Source: Lama glama
Taxonomy: Eukaryota
Assembly (NCBI GenBank): GCA_028534125.1
Contig: CM052817.1
Location: forward strand, 57,290,001-57,354,000
DNA length: 64,000 nucleotides
Reading direction: 5' to 3'
The notes under the pieces were generated by a model that saw nothing but the letters and a program-made list of their open reading frames with translations, was not told where the DNA came from and ran no database searches. The position numbers and the translations under genes are program-made. Below, piece after piece: positions 1 through 12,311 of this stretch (positions are counted from its first letter, which is position 1; every line of letters starts with the position of its first letter).

Positions 1-974
1 TATCTCATAATCTTTGTAACAAACCTTTGAGATAAGTGTTATCACTTCCATTCCTCCAATGTTCAAATAAGCTACAGACTTTCCTCTGATAATGTGATGG
101 AAACAGGACCAAACTCAAGTTTGCAGTGCAAACTCAGCTGTGAAACTAATCATACTAGAAGCAGGAGCCCATAGTAAGAGTCTGTCTCAGACTTCAGTCA
201 AGGACATTAAATTTCAAGAAAGACCAGAATGACATATTTTAACTCAGCTTCATAGCCAGCTTTGTGAAAATGCTGCCTCGTGTCCTCTCTCTCCTGGTCA
301 CCCAATGGACTTTCTAAGTAACTCTAATTCAAAATCTCTCTTCTCAATTAAGCAGAGCACTTTTTTTTTTTATGACAATCACTACTTCCATCCTATCCTA
401 AGATTACACAGAATAAGGGTTTGGCCCATTTTTAAGTAGTGTGTTTGGAATACCATACTTAAGAAGCAAGCTAGAAATTAAGGGTCTTTGTCCCTAAAGC
501 TGATCTCCAAAAACTCAAACTAGTTTGCAGACATTATCTAATTCACTGTCACAACAAAGCTGGCATTATCCTCTCCATTTCACTCATGGAGAAACTGAAA
601 TAAGAAAATTACAGCCTGACTTTGACACTGTACAGAGGTGCCTCTGATGTAGGAGCTAAGTGGGAGGCGGATGGAAGGAAGCCAGACTGGCAGTGCTGTT
701 GACCAGTTCTCAAGCGCACTTTGAACATGACTCAATACCCAGAGATAGAAGAGGTGTTGGATGAGCCAGACCCTCTTCAACTAGAGGAACTCAGCCCTGC
801 ATAGATTTTATCTGCTTTACAGATTAGGATTTTGTGAAGGGTTTCCTTTTAACGAAGGGATAGATCTCTAAAAGTCTGTTAAAACCACTGACCTGGCAAT
901 ATTTAGGGTATGCTACCTTAAAAAAAAAAAAGATTTAGTAATATTCAATGGCTATTCAAAAATCCAAAAGTAAT

Positions 975-1170
975 CATTAATGGCAAACCCTGAGCTTCTA
1001 CTATGTGCCCAGCACTATGCTACGCATATTACAAGCATTAACTTTCTCCCTCACGGTAAGCTACCATTTTACTGATGAGGAAAGTGAAGCTTAGAAAAGT
1101 TAAATAACTTGCCCAAGATCTTCAAGTCGGCAGTGGTGGAACCAGGATAAAACCAACCAGCCTAAGCTCC
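975..1170 (-). mobile_element. MIR SINE
   Basis: ctactatgtgcccagcact...tttactgatgaggaaagtgaagcttaga...aacttgcccaagatc resembles the antisense MIR core. Confidence 0.75.
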
Positions 1171-1367
1171 TTTTTTTTTTTCCTTAGGGGTTTCGGCAGC
1201 GGCTCACACAGGCTCCTGGTGCGCCAATCCTATGTCTGCCAAGGTCCACGGCCACAGCAACTAAAAACACACTGTCTCGTTGCTCCAGGGGTCAGCTGTC
1301 CCCCTGACAGGGCTTGGCGGCAGCCAGGGACCCAGCAGTCTTCTCAGGAGACCGTCACTACCCTTAC

Positions 1368-1740
1368 CTGGAGTGGCTCCACTGAAGAACGGCCTCAGGG
1401 CATTCCTGTCTCTTTCTGCCCCAGCCCCAGTGCTGGCAGTCTATGACGGAGCACCTGCTTTCTCCACCGAGCCCCTCAATCCGGGAACGTTCTCTTCTCC
1501 TGAACACCGCAGGAGACGCTCGCGCGGCCTGGTCGGGGCAGGTGAAATGTGGGGTTCCCCAGAAAGGAAGCAAGGCACGCTGGAGCCTTCAGGGTGCACT
1601 CTGTGGCTATGAATGGGAGAGGATAGGGAAAGTAAGGCTGAGTCCAGACAGCAGGGCAGAAAGAGGAGGGCTCGGTTGCGGTAAACGTCCAGGGAGGCTG
1701 GACAAATGGCGGAATCCAGGCCAAGACAGTGCCGCCTCCT
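1368..1740 (-). other. putative non-coding first exon of an unidentified gene (start approximate)
   Basis: Lies just downstream of the promoter motifs and ends at the strong donor CCAG|gtaagg; no recognisable protein in any frame. Confidence 0.5.
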
Positions 1741-1758
1741 CTTCCCACAGGAAGCCCG

Positions 1759-1770
1759 ATCTCGCGAGAT
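1759..1770. promoter_or_regulatory. BANP/ZBTB33 (CGCG/M8) palindromic element
   Basis: ATCTCGCGAGAT, a perfect 12-bp palindrome containing consensus TCTCGCGAGA. Confidence 0.85.
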
Positions 1771-2016
1771 TTCGGGGTTCGCAGGGGCGGGCGGGAGAGT
1801 CCCGAGAGGAGAAACACCCAAGTGCCAGAGGCGCCTTGTCCTAGACGTGTCGGTAAAGTGTCTGGCTCATGCTGCTTCTCAGACAAACCCTGATCCTTAT
1901 GGACACTGCCCTACTCTGCCCCCTGCCATCCCCCTCCACTCAGTTGGTCGCAGTGCTATGGCGGAGGACCCCAAGGGCTAGTTTGGGTGTAGGAGACCAG
2001 CCATCCTCTTGCCCAC

Positions 2017-2117
2017 GGGGGTGGAGTAGAGCTCAGTGGTTGAGCGTGTGCTTAGCATGCACGAGCTCCTGGGTTCAATCCCCAGAATCTCCGTTTAAGA
2101 AAAAACAAAAACAAACA
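2017..2117 (+). mobile_element. tRNA-Ala-derived SINE (camelid Vic-1-like)
   Basis: G-rich head, A box agctcagtgg, anticodon arm gtgcttagcatgcac (AGC), B box ggttcaatcc, A-rich tail. Confidence 0.85.
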
Positions 2118-2394
2118 GGGCAGACCACTTGAGGCCTGGTTCAGACAGAGAACTGCGAATGTCCCACCATAAGTCTGCAGACCTGCTGGAGGCCCAGGGC
2201 AGAGGCTCCAATAGGGCCAGTCCAACTTGTGCCAAAATGGAAGGGGGCAACAACCCAAAACAGTCATGCTATTAACCACTTTACCTGGTCTCTAACCCAA
2301 TTAATGACCTCAATCCAGCCATGAGGTCCCTGTCAAATAAAGAGAGAACTAGCAATTTGTACTCCTTACAGAACAGGCAAAAGCAAAAGCAAGG

Positions 2395-3140
2395 TGTTAT
2401 ATAATAATGTGGGTAGTGTTTGTCTTGACTTCCTGGGAGGAAGCCTTAAATCCTTAGGAATTTCCATTGTAATAGGAGTGTCTTTATTACTCTTAGTGGA
2501 CCCTGATAGTTTATGCCTATAAGATCATTCAAGGTGGGCCCGCCATTGTTTAAGCTAAGGACGTATCTCAGGATGGGGGCTTGCCACACCAGAAAAGACT
2601 GACCATGTGATTAGAGGATTGGAGCTTTGAGCCACCTGATATCAGCCCCACCTCTGGGGAAGAGGGCTGGAGATTGAGTTCAACTTTTTGGCCAGTAATT
2701 CAATGAATCATGCCAACAAAATGAAGCACCAATAAAAACCCCAGACACAGAAGCTGGGATGAGCTTTTGTAGTCGCAGCACTCTATGTGTATTGTTACAC
2801 ACTGATGAGTCTGGGAGAATGATGCATCCTGACTCAAGGGGAAGAGAATAGCTCATGCTATGCATCTCTGCTGGCTGGTTCTGATTTTTATCCTCTTTGC
2901 TATAATAAAATGGTAGTCATAAGTAGAGCACTTGCCCAAGTTCTGTGAGTCATTCTAGCAAATTATTCCAAATTAGTGGGAACCCCCAAATTTGTAGCCA
3001 GTTGATCATAAGTGAGCACGGCCTGGGAACCCCCAAGTCTATGGTTGGTGTCTGAAGTAGGAAAGTCTTGTGTGGGACTGTGCCCTTAACCTGTGAGGTT
3101 TGTCCCAAGTCTGACACTGGGTAGTTAGTGTCAGAAGTCA
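2395..3140 (+). mobile_element. solo LTR, MER21-like (ERVL)
   Basis: Starts TGT; cagaaaagactgaccatgtgattagagg...gggctggagattgagttcaa and internal aataaa resemble MER21. Confidence 0.75.
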
Positions 3141-3591
3141 TTGCTCAAGACAATGTGGAAAGTCCTATATTCATCTTTACTTGGCTAAAAAATATTTTCA
3201 GGATTCAGAGTCAACCATCACATGGCTTTCATGAGCAACTGTATTCTCAGGGCTGTTTTCTTCCGTGTCCTTTTTTCATTATCCCATTTAATGAGGTGAT
3301 CTTACTGTAACCCACCAGACCCACGGCTCATTCAGGATAATGATGAACCACCACAGGTGCTTCAAGACCTTCACCAGGCTCTACTCATTGATTGGCTCTA
3401 TGAGTTCTCATTCCTTACACTTTTATTCTTTTTGCACGTCTACTGTGTAACAATCTAAGATTTTGTTCCTCATTAAAATAAAAAATGAATCTAGGTACAC
3501 CCAACATTCTTTTGCACTGTTTTTCAGACCTCTAACTAGCTATAAGTCTGGACACAGGCTTTAAAACACTAAGTTAAAAGTATATTTATTA

Positions 3592-3903
3592 AGACACAAA
3601 TGAACTTATTTACAAAACAGAAACAGACTCATAGACATAGAAAACAAACATGGTTACCAGAAGAGAAAGGAGGTGGGAAGGTATAAATTGGGAATTTGAG
3701 ATTTGCAGATACAAACTACTATATATAAAATAGATAAACAACAAATTTACACTGTATACCATAGGGAACTATATTCAATATCTTATAGTAACCTATAATG
3801 AAAAAGAATATGAAAATGAATATATATATGTATTGTATGACTGAAACATTTTGCTGCACACCAGAAATTGACACAACGTTGTAAACTGACTATACTTCAA
3901 TTA
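3592..3903 (+). mobile_element. 5'-truncated L1 3' end with 16-bp TSD
   Basis: Artiodactyl-type L1 3'UTR; identical TSD aaaagtatatttatta at 3576-3591 and 3904-3919. Confidence 0.9.
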
Positions 3904-4316
3904 AAAAGTATATTTATTAGATGAGAAGATAAAGCATAGAGTAGATCAATCAGTGATTTAATGTAGGATTTGAATTAAGCAAAGGAAAGGGAATAGAGTC
4001 TCAGAAACATAGGATTTATGTCACTCCTATAAAGAATTAAGTAGCAAATTTGGAAACTCTGAAAGTCCCCAGAGATTATCTAGTTCAAGACCGTCATTTT
4101 GGATGTTAACTAGACTTTCTGTGGTGATCATTTTGCAATATATACAAATAACAAATTATTATGTTGTACACCTAAAACTCGTTTAACATTATGTGTTGAT
4201 TATATCCCAATTTTTTTAAATGTATTTTTCAGGTGAGGAAACTAAGATCCAAAAAGGCTACAGTGAAATGTCTTCCCTTTAATTACACAATAGGGAATCC
4301 AAAGAAAGTATTTTCT

Positions 4317-4816
4317 NNNNNNNNNNNNNNNNNNNNNNNNNNNNNNNNNNNNNNNNNNNNNNNNNNNNNNNNNNNNNNNNNNNNNNNNNNNNNNNNNNNN
4401 NNNNNNNNNNNNNNNNNNNNNNNNNNNNNNNNNNNNNNNNNNNNNNNNNNNNNNNNNNNNNNNNNNNNNNNNNNNNNNNNNNNNNNNNNNNNNNNNNNNN
4501 NNNNNNNNNNNNNNNNNNNNNNNNNNNNNNNNNNNNNNNNNNNNNNNNNNNNNNNNNNNNNNNNNNNNNNNNNNNNNNNNNNNNNNNNNNNNNNNNNNNN
4601 NNNNNNNNNNNNNNNNNNNNNNNNNNNNNNNNNNNNNNNNNNNNNNNNNNNNNNNNNNNNNNNNNNNNNNNNNNNNNNNNNNNNNNNNNNNNNNNNNNNN
4701 NNNNNNNNNNNNNNNNNNNNNNNNNNNNNNNNNNNNNNNNNNNNNNNNNNNNNNNNNNNNNNNNNNNNNNNNNNNNNNNNNNNNNNNNNNNNNNNNNNNN
4801 NNNNNNNNNNNNNNNN
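4317..4816. other. assembly gap (500 N)
   Basis: Run of 500 N. Confidence 1.
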
Positions 4817-7592
4817 ATAACCTCCCCACAATTTTTCTGTTTTGTAAATTTTGATTTCTATATGTAGAGGTTTCTTTTAAACAAGTTCCCCTGTATCTTC
4901 ATATTATTCTTCACTTATTGTGGGATGACACGAGAAAAAGACAGATGAATGTAGCAAAGAGCTTGGATATCCTCATAAAAAGTCACCTGATTCAGGCAGA
5001 GCTGGCAAAAACACAAAGGCTTTATTTCCTTTATCCTGAACTAGCAAGGCTGTTTTTCAAGATCCAGTCAGAATCTACAGCAGCAAATAGTTTGCAAATG
5101 TTTAATACATGATCAAGTACACCTCACAATTTCACCCAAACACCTAATGTAGTATTCCAGTAAGCTATAAGAGACAAGCATCAATCAACATTCAGGCTGC
5201 CTCATCCTTTCCCAAGGTGAAAGAACTAAAACAACTGTATTATCTGTACGACTATCACTCCTGTTTTATTTGGAGCTGCGTTCCACTCTGACCATCAGAG
5301 AAGCAATGACATCGTTTTACTGCAGCTCTTATTAAATATTATTACTGTGGTGCAAGCTTGACGGTCGAGAGAGGAGAAAAAGGAGGCAGCTTCATTGCCC
5401 AAAGGAGATCCAGTAATCAGATGGTCTGCAGCCTGAAGAGGACATCAATCTTCTGAATCCAATTCTGACTGTACACTTTAGCAGCACTGCATGGTCTCAG
5501 TATAAAATGTTAACAGTATTAAGGCAATTGCTAACCTAAAAAGTATGTGTTTAAGAAAGAGGACAAAAAGGAGGGCTATAGAAATTGAGAACAGTGTTAA
5601 GAATACTAAGTGAGATTTCTTTTAAAAACAGTACTGAGGAAATACATTGCACTAGCTATCGGATTTTTTTCCTCCCATTATGGTCTTTGTCTTCCGTGTC
5701 TTTTTTTTTTTTTTTTTTTTTTTGATGGCAGTATAGCATTTAACCTGCCCCCTTCCTGGTTTTGGGGAATACCTACCTCCTACCTCCTTAAGTATACTCT
5801 TAGAGGGTTCCCAGAAGCTCCCACAGAGGAAGCTTTAGAGACTAGATCTTTCCTCTCCCCATCCCCTATAGGCAATGAGGGCACACAGTCAAGGCTCAGC
5901 CTGTCAGATGTTCTCACTCACCTCCTAACTTTGTGCAAGTGAGGCAAAGATAAAGGGTTGGTTAAAGGTACTTATAACAGAAGTGTAACCACAACAGGAA
6001 CATAGCCAGATTTCCTTATTTCTTAACTCTGAAGGTCACATTCAATTTCCAAACATGACCTCCACTATGCTTTCTATATGTCTCTTCCTTGCTTTACAGT
6101 CAGAGGTGATCTCTGTTAATTGCAATCCAAAACATCATAACTGGTATCCATCATTATGGAATTTCCATGAATGTGAGACTGAGGCTCAGAATGAGGGGGC
6201 AGCCTAAAGGAAAAAATGTGTGCTTTCCAAAAAGCTCATTATTATTATTATTCAGTTCCTATGTTATGTCTTATAGTAATATGAGAACGGCATACAGAAA
6301 ATCAATATTCCTTCTCTCGTATGCTTATTATTGCCACTCTGTGTATAAGGTATTTTTCTGTTACCCAGTTCTTTTGGTTAGGTAAATTCCCAAATCCCAT
6401 CCCTGCAAATGAGCAGGGAGATATCCCTTAGGACTGAAGTAGAAACATAGTAAGAAATCCAACAGGTGTTGCAAAGTTTTGAAACTGGAAGAAAAGTAGG
6501 CTTTTTTTCCCCCTGACTGGAAGCTGAACCAGAGTGAAGAGACTTCCAGAAAGGATCTTTCAACCATAGAAGCTTCAGAAACTTAAAAGAGAGCAAGCCC
6601 AGCCACTGCCCTAACCCCCAAAGAAGGTAAATGACACTGAAAGCTGCAAATGGAGGGTATGTGAACAAGGGAAGGTGAGATCAGAGCATCATATAGCCTG
6701 TATTCCAGGCAGGAACTGTGAAACCACAGAGAAAAGCCTTCTACATTCAGGAAAGACTTGCTTGAGTGCCTGTATAGATGAAGGAGAGTCTAACCACAGT
6801 GAGGATAATCATGGGCTCATATGCAGAATTAAAGGCTCAGAAGTAAGTCTTGGCAATGCCATCAAGAAACTATTAGTCTCCCTTGCTTTAGATAATCAAT
6901 CTGTGCTCTGAAAATGCATCTCCATCTATATTGCATATATTTTTGAGTGCATGTATATAGGTGTTTGGGGGTTGGTGTTGATTGCTTTTGCCTTTGTTTT
7001 CTTCTAAAATATTCCACTTGTCTTTGCTGAATTAAGAGAAAAGGATTTCTCAGAGAACTGCCATACTCAACTGAACCTTCGAATAAAGAAACACTAAGAA
7101 GTCTCCCTAAAAAAATAAAAATAAAAAGATGAGGGAAACTCTGATCATCAGTAATTGACACTCCAAGCCAGAGAACACACACATGCGCACACATACACAC
7201 TCACACACTCACACAGATATGCACACATCCACAAACACAAACCAGGAGGTCTGGGACCAGATCAATAGCCAAATTAGGTGCATGAAAATTGAGTTCCCAG
7301 GAAGCCTGAGTCATTACCATCAGTCCCTAGGAAGTATACAAAAACTGTAAGTGCCAATGGCCCTTTAAGAACACATGTCCAAGATGGTAAATCTGCAAGG
7401 ACCACTGAAGAGGTTTAACTCTGAAAGACTAAAAAGTCAAGTCCCCAGCATGTAGCATCCTAATTGGGAACATAGGCCCTGCAGTCAGTCAGACCTGAGT
7501 ATGCAACTCAGCTGGGTGACCTCAGCAAGTCATTTAAACCTGGCTGGTATTTTCATCTATAGGTAATAATACCCACTTTGTAGAGCTGTTTT

Positions 7593-7746
7593 TTTTTTTT
7601 TCAAAAAAAACATTTTTTATTGAATTATAGTCATTTTAAAATGTTGTGTCAAATTCCAGCATAGAGCACAATTTTTCAGTTATACATGAACGTACATATA
7701 TTAATTGTCACTTTTTTTTCACTGTGAGTGACCACAAGATCTTATA
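7593..7746 (-). mobile_element. young L1 3' end inserted in a MIR
   Basis: PolyT plus sequence matching the L1 ends at 19.1-19.4 kb and 41.2-41.5 kb; TSD ttgtag(a/g)gctgtttt at 7578-7592 and 7747-7761. Confidence 0.85.
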
Positions 7747-7780
7747 TTGTAGGGCTGTTTTGAGATTAAATGAGATATAT

Positions 7781-8148
7781 GTGTTATGGACTGCACATTT
7801 ATGTCTCCAAATAATTTCTGTCAAAACCTTAATCCTCAATGTAATAGTATTAGGAGGTAGGGGGTTTGGAGAAGTAATTAGGTTTGTATAAGGTCAAGAA
7901 AGTAGAGCTACCAGGATGAGATTAGTGTCCTTATAAAAAAAGAAAGAGACTAGGGCTCACTCTCTTCATCACGTGAGGATACAATGAGAAGAGAACTATC
8001 GGAAAATGAGGAAGAGGGTCCTCACCAGACACCAAGTCTGCTGGCACCCTGATCTTGGCCCTCCCATCTTCCAGAGCTGTACAAAATAAATTTCCATTGT
8101 TAAAGCCACCCAATCTGTGTTATCTTGTTATAGCAGTCTGAACTAATA
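7781..8148 (+). mobile_element. MLT1A/B-like MaLR solo LTR
   Basis: tgttatggactg...ctcaccagacaccaagtctgctggcaccctgatcttgg...aataaatttccattgttaaagccacc...ctgaactaata. Confidence 0.85.
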
Positions 8149-11019
8149 TAGCATATAAAGCTATTTGCACAGTGCACGGTATATAGTAAATGTTTGTATA
8201 AATAAGAATATAGGTGAATAAAAATAAATAACTGAAGCCACTGGCTGGGCAAGTCTGGATTTCAATAAGGCTCAGAGATTTCTCTTACACCACTAGTCTA
8301 ATCCCAGGAAAACAGCTGGAAGGATGAACTAGGATGGATATACATTTTGAATATACTTATTTGCAGTTTTCATTTTGAAGAAGTGGAAGCAGCAGCTGCC
8401 AGTATCCCCGCGACAAGCCAGGCAATTGACAAGTACTGGTGGAGCCTGCAGAAGCCTCTGTCAGGGGAACGGTGACTCTTTAGCCAGCTTCATGTGGGAA
8501 ATCAGGAGGACAGATTTCCTTAGGCGATTTTCTCATTCATTCTGATTTCTGCTTGGCTAGAAAGAGTACATAAGCTGTTTGTCTCAAATGAATGCTCCAG
8601 TAGATAAAACACCAAAAGGGGTTTGGGAAAACATAACAAAATAAGAATTGCCATAGTGGCTTAGACCAACTGTCTGACAATAGCACCAAGAGACATTTTG
8701 TAGGAAAGAGTTGTAACTTCCTCCATAATCATGGCCTCACAAGCTTAGAAGCAGTTCCTAAATGTCCTTAAATTCCTATTAAGGCTCTATTACCCAGAAC
8801 TTTACTTAAACCTTCCTTGAGTTTTATACTAGCATTTTCAGCTAATACTGTGCATGGGGCGATGAGTTTATTTATTTAACTGACTTCTGTTCCTGTGTTT
8901 TGTTCCTCTTGACTGCAACCTTTATTCACTATATAACCTGAAGCAAAGTCCCCAAGCTGATTCTGTCTTAATATCTCCATCTATAAAATGGAAAAATAGT
9001 GGCTCCTTGGTGGGGTCACAAATAAAAGGAAAAGATTCCTGGAGCTACACTTTTTCTCTGTTGTGAGCTCTTCAAAGGAAGAAAGGGCCTTCAGACCAGA
9101 CACTTAAGTTCCATTTTCTGTGCTAATTCATATTAATCCAACAAGACTCAAATAATGGAATAATGGAAGAGAGACATAACAGAGGGAAGGGAACTAGGGA
9201 ATATCTTGGGATCAGGTTGAAGTGTAAGCCATTGAACCAACAAAAACGTGTGTACCCATCCACAACTGGAAGGTATTAGGGTTAGATTACTCACCTGGAT
9301 TATAATACTGTGGAATGTATGTGACTACTAATAAGTGGTTGCTTATAAATAAAAGGTTTGGTGAGAGTGAGAATAACAATGGCATTCCTTTTTCCTTTTG
9401 AGCTAGAGAAAATCCAAAGACAAGTAGTGCTGAATTATCAAAGTAGGGAAAAAATCAGTAACAGGCTATATGTATACAACTAAATCACTCAGATCACATT
9501 GGAATTTGACAAGAAATTTTTATTATCATATATCAAATTGGTTTGAGACGTGAGTTACTTTAATCACCCTTTTATGTCAGATAGGAGTAATAATTAGAGC
9601 GGAGATTTGGACAGGAGATTTAATATTTTCTATTCAGGAGGAAGAACTACGGGCAAGTACAATTATAGAGAAGTTAGCATGCTAGGCAGGACAGAGTGAG
9701 CCATTAAATGACACAGTGGTCTCTCCCTTTCTCCCTTATAAAAGACAAAAGAAATTTTTAATAAAGTAATGTAGTCACTTGCAGAAAGCCAAAATGAGTC
9801 CAGTGTGAAACATTTCTGTGTAACTAAGTCATCTTGGTTTCTATGGAATTGAATTTTAGAATTTATTGAGAAAATAATAATTAAAAGTAAATACCCTCTA
9901 AATAATTTATTACAGTCTTATGATGCTCATATTTGTTAACTAGATAAACAGGCAAAATTTTGCTGCTATAGGAACATACATTGCAGCCAACGTAGTTGTT
10001 CTATTTGTTGCAATGCTGAAAAATGTTTTTAATTAAATGACATTAATGTAAGTGCAAATAGAATTCTTTGGGACTGTTTCCTCTTATAAAGAGGCTTTAA
10101 ATATTAAGTGAAGGGAAATGCGAACTACCTTAGTTTGTCCATCTTAAAGATGAAAGTTGTATGACCTTGTGTCAAGGGAATGCAGTGGAGATTAATTAGC
10201 TAATTAGGTCTTTGTTGCATCCAGTGTTATGGAAGGCAAATTGTGCCTGAGGCCCTGGCTCAAGCCAACCATTTTATCTGAAACACCAAGGTGTTTAAGT
10301 CAGCGCAAGAGACTGTTGCCAGATCAGGGCAAACAAACAAATAAGCCATAATTAAAGATGTGGGTTAGTTTCTGGAGAATCAGGGGAACTTGCTCTTCTC
10401 TGGTGTTGTGGTCTCGTTAAGTCATTTGATGCCTTTGGGACTCAGTTTCCTAGTGAGGAGAATGGAGAGGTTGATCTTCAAGGAGTTTTTCAACACTAAA
10501 ATTCTATGGCCTGTAACTGTTAGTACCTAAGAGAGCAAACAAATCACTCTCCACATCAGAGACGGGGCCAACTTGCAGAGGATGGAACCTTACTGTGTGC
10601 CATACTTCTCGGGTCTAAGCCAAGGTCACTTGCAGCCACCAGCAGACCCAGGAAGCCCAGGAAGATCCTTAGAGGCTGAGAACCTAGTGGCAAGTTCCCT
10701 AGATCTCCAGCAAGGTAGATAGATCTCTACCAGTACCTTCTTGACTTCCGTGACTCCCTTTCCAATCTGTTCCTGCAGTTAACTGAGTTGCCCCTTCACG
10801 GTTTAGAATACACAAATGCCTCCTTCTTTCTTCACTCACACAAATGATGTGTTAGGTTACTTTCATTCTTCCACCCATTGTTTTTTCATTCATTCCCTGG
10901 TCTAGCACTTACTGAGCACCTACTATGGGCAGCTTTCTCACTAGGACCTAACCTCCTTTGACTAGAACACTGTGTACAGTGAAGCCAATGTGCTGGTTTG
11001 TGATGGCCAGCAGTATCTT

Positions 11020-11260
11020 CTCTGGAGTTAGACTGCCTGCATTCAAAACCCAGCTCTCCCACTTAACTGTGTTATTTTGAACAAGTGCTTCAAATTCTGT
11101 GTGCCTTAGTGTTCTCACCTGTTCTTATTTGAAATTAATAGTAGGAACTGCCTCATAAAGTTTTGCAGAGGGCTAAATAATTCAATCTGTGTTTAGTGCC
11201 TCAAAAAGTGCTTGATAAGATCTGATAAGCACTCGATAGAGGTTAGTTCCTATTATTATC
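11020..11260 (+). mobile_element. MIR SINE, near full length
   Basis: ctctggagttagactgcctg...cccagctctcccactta...tctgtgtgccttagt...taagcactcgata. Confidence 0.8.
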
Positions 11261-11664
11261 TGAAAACTATCTGAATCAGTCTGAGATCAGCAGCCCTCTG
11301 GCTGAGCTGTTGATGACATTTGACACAGTGCCTTCTATTTAAAACATGATATTTCATGGCTGTGGAGTTGTTTGTCCACTTCAAAAGGCCACTGGGAATA
11401 GATTTGAGGAGTATTTGTCACTGACAAGGATTAGTGAAGCAAGCAGAGTTGCTACCTCAGAGAGCTCAGGGCAATGACAGCCACTTTGTCCAAGCCTGAG
11501 CAGTAGCAAAAGGAATGCCAACAGCCCAGAGAAAAGAGCCAGAGAGGAAGTATAGCCAGCCAAACCTAGGATGACCTGAGGATTTGCTCTGGCCACTTTT
11601 TTGAAGGTACAGAAGGCTGTGTTGCATATTTATCACGTTGGAAGCATTTGCCATACCTGAACAT

Positions 11665-11915
11665 TGACAATAGTGGTAGTGATAGTAATAATTATTGTAG
11701 TAACAATAGTAGTAATGGTAGTATTTGAAATAATAGTGATGATAGCAGGGGTAGTCAGTGGTAATAGAAATAAAAGTAACCGTGATCAGGATAGTACTCA
11801 TAGCAATAGGGTAGTAATCATAGTGGGGGTAGTAGCAACGGTGTTGCAGTTGCCGCAGCAGTGCTGATAGCCATAGTGGCACCGTTAGCCACAGGAGTGA
11901 GTGAGGTAGAGTAAC
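11665..11915. repeat. degenerate (GTA/ATA/GTG)n trinucleotide low-complexity tract
   Basis: tagtggtagtgatagtaataat... with 3-nt periodicity; produces spurious Tyr/His- and Val/Ile-rich ORFs. Confidence 0.85.
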
Positions 11916-12292
11916 AGCTACACTTTTACAGAACCATTCAAAGCACTTTACCTTTATTAATTCAATGCGCACAATTACCCTATGAAGAAGGTATTATTAT
12001 AAGTGTCCATTTTACAATAGTGCCTATAACATTGTGAATTATTTCTGTTCTAACCAATACCAAACTTGATGATGCTAGTTCTAACAGTATCTCATTAAGA
12101 CTGTGGCCTGTTCAACTCAAATCCTCCTGATTCCACTCACTGAAGCTCCCTCCTCATTTATGTAAGCTAAAGCCCCAGGGCCTCTGCACCCTTATAGTTG
12201 CCTCTGGGAGGAAAGACATTCATTATGCAATGTGAAGTTGTTTGTTTGCTTTTAATAGAGGTGTCTCTTGGCAAGAAAGAGTGGGGGAAAGA

Positions 12293-12311
12293 TGTTGCCC
12301 TCTGATGGTGG
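12293..12311 (-). promoter_or_regulatory. candidate CTCF site
   Basis: Minus strand reads CCACCATCAGAGGGCAACA, close to the CTCF core CCASYAGRKGGCRS. Confidence 0.45.

Larger units (their letters stand above)
1180..2000 (-). promoter_or_regulatory. CpG-island promoter, probably transcribing leftward (possibly bidirectional)
   Basis: High GC and CpG density versus flanks; TCTCGCGAGA at 1760-1769; GC box ggggcgggcggg at 1784-1795; YY1-like CCGCCATTTG (minus) at 1703-1712; minus-strand donor CAG|GTAAGG at 1368/1367. Confidence 0.8.

Noticed and set aside
2017..2092. Functional tRNA-Ala gene
   Set aside because: Extended G-rich head, imperfect acceptor stem and A-rich tail rather than a T-run terminator indicate a SINE
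1219..2132. Overlapping 69-136 aa ORFs, including MAESRPRQ at the YY1-like ATG
   Set aside because: Stop-poor GC-rich promoter DNA; no recognisable protein
4233..4831. 182-195 aa ORFs
   Set aside because: They only read through the N gap
11466..11972. 168-aa Tyr/His-rich ORF
   Set aside because: Produced by a degenerate trinucleotide tract
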